Source: an uncultured Steroidobacteraceae bacterium (GTDB lineage: Bacteria; Chloroflexota; Limnocylindria; QHBO01). From it: a stretch of 45,111 nucleotides of DNA. The notes below the pieces were generated by a model that did no database searches, had not been told where the DNA came from, and was given only the letters and a program-made list of their open reading frames with translations. The number at the start of each line of letters is the position of its first letter. Position 1 is the first letter of the stretch. The position numbers and the translations under genes are program-made. Positions 7,920 through 16,033 of the stretch are shown here, piece by piece. The DNA is taken from NCBI GenBank assembly GCA_964449915.1, contig CAYVCE010000090.1, positions 1 to 45,111 on the forward strand, written 5' to 3'.

Positions 7920-9664
7920 CCGGCGCGCGCGAGCTCCACGGAGGGCCGACGCCGAGCCAGGAGCGGGCTGGCGGCCGCCTCGGCGAAGTCGACCACGCGC
8001 AGGCGCAGGCGCGGCATTCCACCGAACGTGTCGCGCTCCAGGGTGCCGACGAGGTCGAGCTCGGTACCCTCCTCGGGCAGCTCCCGCTCGGCGTCGACCT
8101 CGAACGCGACGGCGTCGACGGTCACGAGGCCGCGCAGCATGCGGAACGCGACGTGCGCCTCCCTCGCGCCGATCCGACGCGCCCCGGCCACGCGCAGGCC
8201 GGTCACCGCCAGCACCGGCTCGAGATGGCCTGGTCCGTAGGGCGCCAGGCGCAGGAGCTCGTCGGCCAGCTCCCAATCGAGGAGGCGCGCCGGCAGGACG
8301 AGGTCGATGAGCTGGCGGCCGGGTCGCTGCACCTCGGCACCCGGCTCGGCGCCGAGCGGCCGCTCCAGCGCGGCGAACGCCGCCGAGAAGGCTGACCAGC
8401 TTGCCGGTGCCAGGCTGAAACCACCGGCCGCGGCATGCCCGCCGCGCTTGGTCAGGTGGATGCTGACCGCCTCCAGCGCGGCCGCCACGTGGAAGTCGAC
8501 CGGTGCGCGAACCGACCCGCGCAGCTCGGTGCCGACCAGCGCAACGGCGGCGACTGGCCGCGCGAGCTCGTCGCACAGCCGCCCGGCGACGAGACCGAGC
8601 AGACCCGGCGCCCATGCGTCGTCGCGCACGATGAGTGGCACGTCACCGGGGGACGCCGCCGCGGCCAGGCGCGCGGCCTCGATCGCCACGGTTGTCATCT
8701 CGCGCCGCCGCTGGTGGACCCCTTCGAGCTCCTCGGCAAGACGCTCGGCGTTCGTCGGATCCTCCTCTAGGAGCAGCGACATGGCAAGCTCGACGTCGGC
8801 GATGCGGCCCGCGGCATTGATGCGCGGCACGACCCCGAATGCAAGGTCGCGCGCCGTCGGCTGGCCGGGCGCCTCGCACGAGCGTGCCAGCAGCGCGCGC
8901 AGGCCGGCGCGCGACGTGCGCGAAAGCTCGTCGAGGCCCAGCCGCACGATGGCACGGCTCTCGCCGGTCATGGGTGCCATGTCGGCGACCGTGCCGATCG
9001 CGGCGATGGCGGCCAGCCCATCGGTTGGGACGCCGCGGCCGGAGAGGAGCGCTGCAGCCAGCTTGTACGACAGCCCGGCGCCGGTCAGGTCGGGGTCGGG
9101 GTAGGCGCAGTCGGGTCGATGGGGGTCGACGACCGCCACGGCGCGCGGCAGGACCGTCGGTGGCAGGTGGTGATCGGTGATGACGACGTCGATCCCGAGG
9201 GAGCGCGCGAGCTCCACCTCCGCGACGTTGCCGACGCCGCAGTCACAGGTGACGACGAGCCGCACGCCGCGACCCGCCAGGTCGTGCAGGCCGGCTGCCG
9301 ACAGGCCGTAGCCCTCGGCCAGTCGGGAGGGCACGTAGCGGATCGGATCGGCGCCGAGGCGGCGGAGCGCGATCACCCAGACCACGATCGCCGTCATGCC
9401 GTCGGCGTCGTAGTCGCCCCAGATCGCGATCCGCTCGCCGGCGACGACGGCGCGGTCGATGCGCTGCAGGGCTGCTTCGGCATCGGCCATGCGCGAGAGG
9501 TCGTGGAGGGCGCCGGCGCCGGCGCCGAGGAAGCGCTGCAGCCCGGCGTCGTCCACGAATCCACGGCGGGCGAGGAGGGTCGCGACGGCGCGGCCGAAGC
9601 CGGTGAAGACGGGGGGTTCCGCGATGGGGTCCGGGAGCAGCCACTCGAGGCGCGGGGCGATCAC
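7916..9664 (-). CDS. recJ: single-stranded-DNA-specific exonuclease RecJ
   Basis: DHH-family motifs IAIWGDYDADGMT, VTCDCG and VVITDHH, plus DHHA1-like GGHAAAGGF. GTG start. Confidence 0.92.
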   Translation of the reverse strand: MIAPRLEWLLPDPIAEPPVFTGFGRAVATLLARRGFVDDAGLQRFLGAGAGALHDLSRMADAEAALQRIDRAVVAGERIAIWGDYDADGMTAIVVWVIALRRLGADPIRYVPSRLAEGYGLSAAGLHDLAGRGVRLVVTCDCGVGNVAEVELARSLGIDVVITDHHLPPTVLPRAVAVVDPHRPDCAYPDPDLTGAGLSYKLAAALLSGRGVPTDGLAAIAAIGTVADMAPMTGESRAIVRLGLDELSRTSRAGLRALLARSCEAPGQPTARDLAFGVVPRINAAGRIADVELAMSLLLEEDPTNAERLAEELEGVHQRRREMTTVAIEAARLAAAASPGDVPLIVRDDAWAPGLLGLVAGRLCDELARPVAAVALVGTELRGSVRAPVDFHVAAALEAVSIHLTKRGGHAAAGGFSLAPASWSAFSAAFAALERPLGAEPGAEVQRPGRQLIDLVLPARLLDWELADELLRLAPYGPGHLEPVLAVTGLRVAGARRIGAREAHVAFRMLRGLVTVDAVAFEVDAERELPEEGTELDLVGTLERDTFGGMPRLRLRVVDFAEAAASPLLARRRPSVELARAG

Positions 9665-9717
9665 ACCGACATGGTAGCCGCGGCCGATTGGCCGCCGCTT
9701 ACCGTTCCGTTACCGGC

Positions 9718-10905
9718 TCAGCGCGCCCCCGAGCGGGCCGGTCGGGCGGTGCCCTCTCGCGCCCTGCGCCGGCGGCTCCACTCGTCCCAGGCGACCAGGA
9801 TCTGGCTGGCGTTGAAGATGGACGAGTATGTCCCGCTGACCACGCCGAGCAGCAGGGCGAGGGCGAAGGTGCGGATCGTCGGCGGGCCCAGGAGGATGAG
9901 CGCGCCGAGCGTGACGACCACCGTCAGCGAGGTGATGATCGAGCGCCCGGCGGTCTGCAGGATCGAGTGGTTGACGATCGCGCCGAACGACTCGCCGGCA
10001 TGGCGGACGCGGTTCTCGCGGATGCGGTCGAAGACCACGATCGTGTCGTGGACGCTGAAGCCGATGACGGTCAGCAGCGCGGTCACGAACAGCGCGTCGA
10101 ACTCGACGTTGAAGACGTAGCCGAGGATCGCGAACGTGCCGACGACGAGGATGACGTCGTGGAGCAGCGCGACGATCGCCGCGGTCCCGAAGCGGAAGCC
10201 GAACCGCATCCACAGGTAGGCGAGGATGAACATCTCGCCGACGATGATGAGGATGGCCGAGGTGCGAATGAGCTCGGCGCCGATGATCGGGCCGACGGTG
10301 CGCACGCTCCGCGGCTCGCCCGGTCCGAACCGGCGCTCCAGCTCGTCCTCGAGCTCGGCGAACTCGGTGCCCTCCGCGATCGGCACGGGTGTCGGCTCCG
10401 CCGAGGCGCTCGCCGACGGCGAGACCGAGGCGCTGGGACTCGGCGACGGCTCGGGTGATGCCGTTGGGGTCGGCTCGGCCGACGCCGAGGCCGATGCGGA
10501 GGCCCCGGCGCTCGCGCTCGCCGATCCCGAGGGCTCTGCCGAGGAAGACTGCGGTGCCGAGGCCGACGCTGATGCTGATGCCGAGGCGGATGCCGAGGTC
10601 GATGCGGACGGTGACGGTATGGGCGCCGGCGTCTCGGCCGGGATGAGGTCGATCGGCTCGGTTCGGATCCGCAGGTATCCATCCGGCAGCTCGGTGACGA
10701 GGGCGTCCGGGTAGCCGAGCTCGGCCAGGGTGGCGGTCATCTCGGCGGCGCTCGGCTGGTCCTCGTAGCGGACCTCCCACTCCGTCCCGCCGGTGAAGTC
10801 GATCGACGGCCGCAGCCCGCCGAGGAAGATGAAGATCAGTCCCGGGACGGTGAGGATGGCACTGATCGCGAACCACAGGTTGCGCTTGCCGACGATGTCG
10901 TACAC
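9718..10905 (-). CDS. secF: protein translocase subunit SecF (with a low-complexity insertion)
   Basis: MYDIVGKRNLWFAISAILTVPGLIFI...IDFTGGT... and a C-terminal six-TM SecF core (VIGFSVHDTIVVFDRIREN). About 90 aa of Ser/Ala/Pro/Glu tract interrupts the periplasmic domain. Confidence 0.9.
   Translation of the reverse strand: MYDIVGKRNLWFAISAILTVPGLIFIFLGGLRPSIDFTGGTEWEVRYEDQPSAAEMTATLAELGYPDALVTELPDGYLRIRTEPIDLIPAETPAPIPSPSASTSASASASASASASAPQSSSAEPSGSASASAGASASASASAEPTPTASPEPSPSPSASVSPSASASAEPTPVPIAEGTEFAELEDELERRFGPGEPRSVRTVGPIIGAELIRTSAILIIVGEMFILAYLWMRFGFRFGTAAIVALLHDVILVVGTFAILGYVFNVEFDALFVTALLTVIGFSVHDTIVVFDRIRENRVRHAGESFGAIVNHSILQTAGRSIITSLTVVVTLGALILLGPPTIRTFALALLLGVVSGTYSSIFNASQILVAWDEWSRRRRAREGTARPARSGAR
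10375..10641 (-). repeat. coding low-complexity tract (SA/PS/EP repeats) inside secF
   Basis: Translation: PAPIPSPSASTSASASASASASASAPQSSSAEPSGSASASAGASASASASAEPTPTASPEPSPSPSASVSPSASASAEPTP. The DNA shows degenerate GCNGAN hexamer reiteration. Confidence 0.85.
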
Positions 10906-10908
10906 GGC

Positions 10909-12243
10909 CTAGCGCTCCACGTGGTAGAGCTCGAGGCGGCGGCCCCAGCTCGTGCGGGTGACGTAGCGCAGCATCGTGCGCGTCACGGTGACCGCGCTGA
11001 ACATGCTGACCAGCACGCCGATGATGAGGACCAGCGCGAAGCCGCGGACCACGGTCGTGCCCTGCCAGTACAGCCAGCCGGCGACGAGCAGCGAGCTGAC
11101 GTTCGAGTCGAGGATGCTCGACCACGCGCGGTTGAATCCCGCCTCGATCGCCGGTCCGAGCGTCTTGCCGGCCCGGATCTCTTCCTTCATGCGCTCGAAG
11201 ATGAGGATGTTGGCGTCGACCGCCATCCCGATCGACAGGATGAAGGCGGCCACGCCGGCGAGCGTCAGCGTGACGCCGATGACCCGGAAGATGGCGTACA
11301 CGACGAGCGTGTAGAAGACGAGGGCGAAGGCCGCGAGAACGCCCGGCAGGCGGTAGTAGGCGATCATGAAGACGAGGACGAGGAGCAGGCCGACGCCGCC
11401 CGCCACCAGCGCCTGGACAAGGAAGTCGGCGCCGAGCGTCGGGTCGACGTCGTCGAAGCCGATCTCGGTCAGCGACAGCGGCAGGGCACCGAAGCGCAGG
11501 GTGTTGTAGAGGTTGGTGCGCTCGAGCTCATTCTCGGGACCGGGCGGACCGACGGTGATGATCGTGCTGCCCTCGCAGATCGGGCTGCCGATGTCTGGCG
11601 TGGTGATGACCCTCCCATCGAGCGCGATCGGTCCGGGTCGGTTGACGTTCGCCGTCGTGAACTCGCACCAGATGGCGTTGCCCTCGGCGAGAAGGCTGAA
11701 CGACACTCCGATCTGGTTGCCCTGGCCGACGTCGGGGGTGACGCTCCCCTGCTGGATCTGGCGGCCGTTGAACAGCTCGCGTACCGTGCCGGTCTCGAGC
11801 AGGCTGCGGATGTCCTGGTCGCGGGTGAGCGTCTGGCCCAGCGGATCGATGAACTGGAGCTGGCCGGTCGAGCCGACCAGGTCGCGCACCTGGCTCTCGT
11901 CGCTGACGCCGGGCACCTCGACCACGATGCGGCGCGAGCCGTCGCCGGCCGTCTCCGTCCTCACCTGCGGCTCGCTGACCCCGATGCCGGCCACGCGGCG
12001 CTCGATGATGTCGCGCGCCAGCACCAGGTCCTCGTCGGTGATCTCCGCATCGCCCTGCGGCTGGGCCTCGAGCGTCACGCGCAGCCCGCCCTGGAGGTCC
12101 AGGCCGAGCACGGTGCGGAACTCGACGCCGCCGACCTCGCTGGGCAGCCACGTGAGGCCGGGCACGTTGCGCGGCAGGTCGATGAAGATCGCCACCAGGG
12201 CGATCGCCCCGATGACCCACGGGGCGATGCGACGCCAGGTCAT
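10909..12243 (-). CDS. secD: protein translocase subunit SecD
   Basis: N-terminal TM helix, LGLDLQGGLRVTLEA, and a C-terminal six-TM core (ILSIGMAVDANILIFERMKEE). Lies 3 nt upstream of secF. Confidence 0.92.
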   Translation of the reverse strand: MTWRRIAPWVIGAIALVAIFIDLPRNVPGLTWLPSEVGGVEFRTVLGLDLQGGLRVTLEAQPQGDAEITDEDLVLARDIIERRVAGIGVSEPQVRTETAGDGSRRIVVEVPGVSDESQVRDLVGSTGQLQFIDPLGQTLTRDQDIRSLLETGTVRELFNGRQIQQGSVTPDVGQGNQIGVSFSLLAEGNAIWCEFTTANVNRPGPIALDGRVITTPDIGSPICEGSTIITVGPPGPENELERTNLYNTLRFGALPLSLTEIGFDDVDPTLGADFLVQALVAGGVGLLLVLVFMIAYYRLPGVLAAFALVFYTLVVYAIFRVIGVTLTLAGVAAFILSIGMAVDANILIFERMKEEIRAGKTLGPAIEAGFNRAWSSILDSNVSSLLVAGWLYWQGTTVVRGFALVLIIGVLVSMFSAVTVTRTMLRYVTRTSWGRRLELYHVER

Positions 12244-12301
12244 GCTGTGGCCGTAGGTTCCTCAGGTCGTGCGGATACCGTGCGGGCGCGGTGCGCCGCG
12301 G

Positions 12302-12330
12302 ACACGAAACACGCCGCTTCACCAGCGGCG
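12302..12330 (-). terminator. candidate intrinsic terminator after uvrC
   Basis: On the minus strand: CGCCGCT-ggtga-AGCGGCG (7-bp stem, 12312-12330) followed by TGTTTCGTGT. It starts 26 nt after the uvrC stop. Confidence 0.4.
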
Positions 12331-12355
12331 GGCGGCGCCAGTATAGCCGACGGCC

Positions 12356-14293
12356 TCAGGCGAGCATCCCCTCGCGGGCCAGGTGCGCCTTCAGCCGCTC
12401 GGCGAGGTCGCGGCTGATGCCCGGGGTGCCCGCCACGTCGTCGACGGAAGCCTCGCGGATGCGACGGACGGAGCCGAATCGCTTCAGCAGCGCCTTCTTG
12501 CGCCCCGGGCCGATGCCCTCGACGTCGTCGAGCTCGCTCCGCAGCGCGCGCTTGCCGCGCACGTCGCGGTGGTACGTGATCGCGAACCGATGCGCCTCGT
12601 CGCGGATCCGCTGCACGAGGTAGAGAGCCTGGGAGCGGCGCGGCAGCACGACCGGGTCGGACCTCCCCGGCAGGTAGAGCTCCTCGAAGCGCTTGGCGAG
12701 CCCGGAGAGCGGCACGTCGGTGATGGCCAGCTCGTCCATCACTGCCATCGCCGCCGAGAGCTGGCCCTTGCCGCCGTCCACGATGACGAGGTCCGGGATC
12801 GACCACCCGGCGTCACGGCCGCGGCTGCCGTCGTCCTCGGGCACCTCGTCGGCGCCCACCGCGTCGAGCGACAGCGCGCCGGTCTCCGAGCGCAGCTTCG
12901 CGACGCGGCTGAAGCGGCGACGGAGGACCTCGGCCATCATCCGGAAGTCGTCCGGCGTATCGCCGGATCGGATGCGGAAGCGCCGATACTCCTTCGGCTC
13001 GGGCCGCCCGTCGATGAACACGACCATGCTCCCGACCGCCGACGTGCCCTGGATGTTGCTCATGTCATAGCACTCGATGCGCTCCGGCGGGCGCGACAGT
13101 TCGAGCGCGGAGGCCAGCTCGCCGAGCGCCTCGTCGCGTCGGGCGGCATCGGCCATCCACTCGGCGCGCTCGCGCTCGAGTGCCTCGACCGCGTTCTGCG
13201 TCGCCAGCGCAACCAGCCGTCGCTTCTCGCCGCGCTCGGGGACCGAGATCGTGACGCGCACGCCCCGCCGGCCGGCGAGGTATGCGGCGAGGTCATCGGC
13301 CTCGGCGGGCAACGTCGGGACGAGCAGCGCGCGCGGGACGGCATCGGTGCTGGCGTAGTACTGCTGGAGGAAAGCGCCGAGCGTCTCCGCATCGGTCACG
13401 TCGCGTGCGCCGACGACGACGTAGTGCTCGCGGCCGATGAGCTTCCCGTTGCGCACCTGCATGACCTGGATGCAGGCCTCGTCCTCGGCGCGTGCCATCC
13501 CGATCGCGTCGTGCTCGGCGCGGCTGAAGGCGGCCATCTTCTGCTGCTCCATCGTGCGCTCGACGGCGCGCAGCTTGTCGCGCGACACGGCCGCCTGCTC
13601 GAAGCGCAGCGCGTCGGAATGCGAGCTCATCTCGCCGCGCAGCTGCGCCGCGATCGGCTCCTGCCTGCCCTCCAGGAAGTCGACGATCTGGCCGATCGTC
13701 TCGCGGTACTCCGGCTTCGGGATGGCCTCGATGCACGGGCCCTGGCATCGGTTGATGTAGTAGAGCAGGCACGGCCGCTCGAGGACCCGCTTGCCCTCGG
13801 GGATGTCGAGGTTGCAGGTCCGAAACGGGAAGATCTTGCGCAGGAGCTTCAAGGTCTCGTCCACGCTCGAGGCCGATGCGTACGGGCCGAAGTAGCGGCT
13901 CCCGTCGCGGACGAGGCGCCTGGTCCGCACGATGCGTGGGAAGTCCTCGCCGAGCGTGATCTTCACGAAGGGGTAGCTCTTGTCATCGCGCAGCCGGATA
14001 TTGAAGCGCGGCCGGTGCTCCTTGATCAGGTTCGACTCGAGCAGGTACGCCTCGGAGACGGTATCGGTGACGATATACTCGACGTCGGCGACCTCGGTCA
14101 CCATGCGGCTGATCCGAACGTCCTCTGGCGGCCGCTCCCCGAAGTACGACCGCACCCGGGAGCGCAGCGAGTCGGCCTTGCCGACGTACAGCACGCGACC
14201 GGCGGCGCTCTTCATGAGGTAGACCCCCGGGCCGGTCGGGAGGCGGCGCAGCAGGGCGCGCAGCTGCTCGGGGAGGTCGCGCTGCGGGCTCAT
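12356..14293 (-). CDS. uvrC: excinuclease ABC subunit C
   Basis: Internal ATG at 14293: MSPQRDLPEQLRALLRRLPTGPGVYLMKSAAGRVLYVGKA (GIY-YIG). Also a UVR domain, an RNase H-like endonuclease domain and a C-terminal (HhH)2 (VEGIGPGRKKALLKRFGS). Confidence 0.95.
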   Translation of the reverse strand: MSPQRDLPEQLRALLRRLPTGPGVYLMKSAAGRVLYVGKADSLRSRVRSYFGERPPEDVRISRMVTEVADVEYIVTDTVSEAYLLESNLIKEHRPRFNIRLRDDKSYPFVKITLGEDFPRIVRTRRLVRDGSRYFGPYASASSVDETLKLLRKIFPFRTCNLDIPEGKRVLERPCLLYYINRCQGPCIEAIPKPEYRETIGQIVDFLEGRQEPIAAQLRGEMSSHSDALRFEQAAVSRDKLRAVERTMEQQKMAAFSRAEHDAIGMARAEDEACIQVMQVRNGKLIGREHYVVVGARDVTDAETLGAFLQQYYASTDAVPRALLVPTLPAEADDLAAYLAGRRGVRVTISVPERGEKRRLVALATQNAVEALERERAEWMADAARRDEALGELASALELSRPPERIECYDMSNIQGTSAVGSMVVFIDGRPEPKEYRRFRIRSGDTPDDFRMMAEVLRRRFSRVAKLRSETGALSLDAVGADEVPEDDGSRGRDAGWSIPDLVIVDGGKGQLSAAMAVMDELAITDVPLSGLAKRFEELYLPGRSDPVVLPRRSQALYLVQRIRDEAHRFAITYHRDVRGKRALRSELDDVEGIGPGRKKALLKRFGSVRRIREASVDDVAGTPGISRDLAERLKAHLAREGMLA

Positions 14294-14303
14294 GCGATCG
14301 ATT

Positions 14304-14801
14304 CTAGGCTCGATCCAACCCCCAGTACCCGACGCCCTCCCCGGCCTCGGCGATGACTTCCAGCAGCCGATGGAGGCGTGGAGAGGTCGTGGCGATCTCG
14401 TCGCGCCCCAGCCATCCGACCTCGGCGATCTCCCCCAGCTGGGGCTCGAGCTCGCCCCCAACGATCGTGCCGACGAACACGAAGCTCACGTCGCGGCCGC
14501 GGCGTCCATCCACGAGCACGAGCCGGTCGACGCGCGCCTCGAGTCCCGTCTCCTCGCGCGTCTCGCGCTCCGCGGCCTCGTGTGGAGCCTCGTCGCGCTC
14601 GACCCTGCCTCCCGGCAGCATCCATCCCGGCCCGAGGTAGGTGGTTCGCACCACGAGGATGCGCCCCTGGTCGTCCGTCGCCAGGATGTGCGAGCCCTCG
14701 ATCCGGCGATAGCGACCGCCGAACAGGCCGGCCACCTGGACGGCCCCGCGCACGAGCAGGCCCGGGACGTCCGCGACCCGGATCTGCCGCCTACGGCGCA
14801 T
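14304..14801 (-). CDS. NUDIX hydrolase
   Basis: Nudix box GGRVERDEAPHEAAERETREETGL (GX5EX7REUXEEXGU). Ends 10 nt upstream of uvrC. Overlaps the LCP stop by 11 nt. Confidence 0.8.
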   Translation of the reverse strand: MRRRRQIRVADVPGLLVRGAVQVAGLFGGRYRRIEGSHILATDDQGRILVVRTTYLGPGWMLPGGRVERDEAPHEAAERETREETGLEARVDRLVLVDGRRGRDVSFVFVGTIVGGELEPQLGEIAEVGWLGRDEIATTSPRLHRLLEVIAEAGEGVGYWGLDRA

Positions 14802-15972
14802 CGGTTGCGATGGTTCCGATCGGGCTGGCGAGCTCGCGTGACAGGTAAGAGCGCAGCCCGCCGTAGTCGCCCGGCCCCGACCAGTCGACCGGGATCAGGA
14901 TGTACTGGCCGATGGTGTTGGTGGTGGCCGCGAGGACGACATCCTCGCTGAGCTCGACGCGTCGGTCGCTGTCCAGGTGCGACGACAGGAGGAAGAGGTC
15001 GATGGCCGACAGGTCGGTCCGGACGCGCCCTTCCATCGCGTCCATCAGCGCCAGTCCCGGCAGGATCGAGCCGATGCCGCCTTCGCCGAGCTTCGCACGG
15101 AGCGCGGAGAGCACTCGAGCCTGGCGCACCGATCGCGCAAAGTCGTTCGACTCGGACACAACACTGGTGTAGCGCGCTCGCGCATACCAGAGCGCTTCCT
15201 CGCCGGACAAGTGGATCTCCCCGGCTTCGAACGGGCCCTCATCCCAGTAGCCTGCGTTGTGGTTCTCCTCGGGGCCCGTGTACATGAAGGCCACCGGGTT
15301 CTCGAGCGTCACGCCGCCGACGGCGTCGACCATGTCCCGAAAGCCGATGAAGTCCATCGACAGCCAATGTTGGATCTCAAGGCCGGTCACCTCCGACAGG
15401 ACCGCGGCGAGCAGCGTTGCGGCGCGGTCGAGCCTCGCCATCTCGTCGACGTCCTGCGGGCTGTGCCCAGCGGCGAAGACCTCGTTCACCTTGCCGTTCT
15501 GGCTGAACTGATCGACTCCTTCAATCCAGAGGTCGCGCGGAATGGGGATGGTGGTCGTCATGTCGGTGGCCGGATCGATCGAGAGGATCTGGATCGAGTC
15601 GGCAAGGAAAGCGCCCTCGTGTTCGGCACCGCCGTAGCCGACCAGCAGGACGTTGACGCGGTCGCTGCCGTTGAGCGGCCCGAGCAGCGTGGTCGAGGGA
15701 AACAGGGCGCTCGAGACCGATGCGTTGAAGGTCGCGGCGCGCATGAAGAGCAGCACGCCGCCAACGACCACGGCGAGGAGCAGCAGCAGGAAGATGATGC
15801 GCAGCGTGCGCCCGAGCGAACCCGGGCGGGCGGGGGATGCCCGGCGCCGACGAGGCGGCTCGAGCCTCGCCTGGCGACGACTGGCACCGCGCCGGGACAC
15901 CCCGCCCGACCGGATCAGCTCGCGGTCGTACGGCTGCGTGTCGTCGCCACGGGCGTATCTCGCGGAGCGCAT
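14791..15972 (-). CDS. LytR-CpsA-Psr (LCP) family cell-envelope glycopolymer ligase
   Basis: Arg-rich cytoplasmic tail, TM helix LRIIFLLLLLAVVVGGVLLF, then VNVLLVGYGG...ADSIQILSIDP...IPRDLW. I use the ATG at 15972; the ORF can extend to a GTG at 16005. Confidence 0.83.
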   Translation of the reverse strand: MRSARYARGDDTQPYDRELIRSGGVSRRGASRRQARLEPPRRRRASPARPGSLGRTLRIIFLLLLLAVVVGGVLLFMRAATFNASVSSALFPSTTLLGPLNGSDRVNVLLVGYGGAEHEGAFLADSIQILSIDPATDMTTTIPIPRDLWIEGVDQFSQNGKVNEVFAAGHSPQDVDEMARLDRAATLLAAVLSEVTGLEIQHWLSMDFIGFRDMVDAVGGVTLENPVAFMYTGPEENHNAGYWDEGPFEAGEIHLSGEEALWYARARYTSVVSESNDFARSVRQARVLSALRAKLGEGGIGSILPGLALMDAMEGRVRTDLSAIDLFLLSSHLDSDRRVELSEDVVLAATTNTIGQYILIPVDWSGPGDYGGLRSYLSRELASPIGTIATDAP

Positions 15973-16033
15973 CACGAGTGCACAGGATACGGCCTCCACC
16001 GGCACGCCGCCGGTGACGGACTCGGTCGGGCGG

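Noticed and set aside
7920-8615. N-terminal 232-aa extension of the pyrF ORF (7068..8615)
   Set aside because: The extension is Arg/Ala-rich and lies entirely inside recJ. The pyrF homology starts at the ATG at 7919, which overlaps the recJ stop.
9680-9695. Hairpin GCGGCC-gatt-GGCCGC between secF and recJ as a terminator
   Set aside because: The stem is only 6 bp, there is no U-tract, and the genes appear co-transcribed (53-nt gap). It is not distinctive in GC-rich DNA.
12340-12345. TATACT -10-like box upstream of secD (a similar TATACT lies at 5111-5116 upstream of rapZ)
   Set aside because: There is no credible -35 element. At secD a terminator-like hairpin lies downstream of the box, so a promoter there would read straight into it. 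The evidence is too weak to report as a feature.
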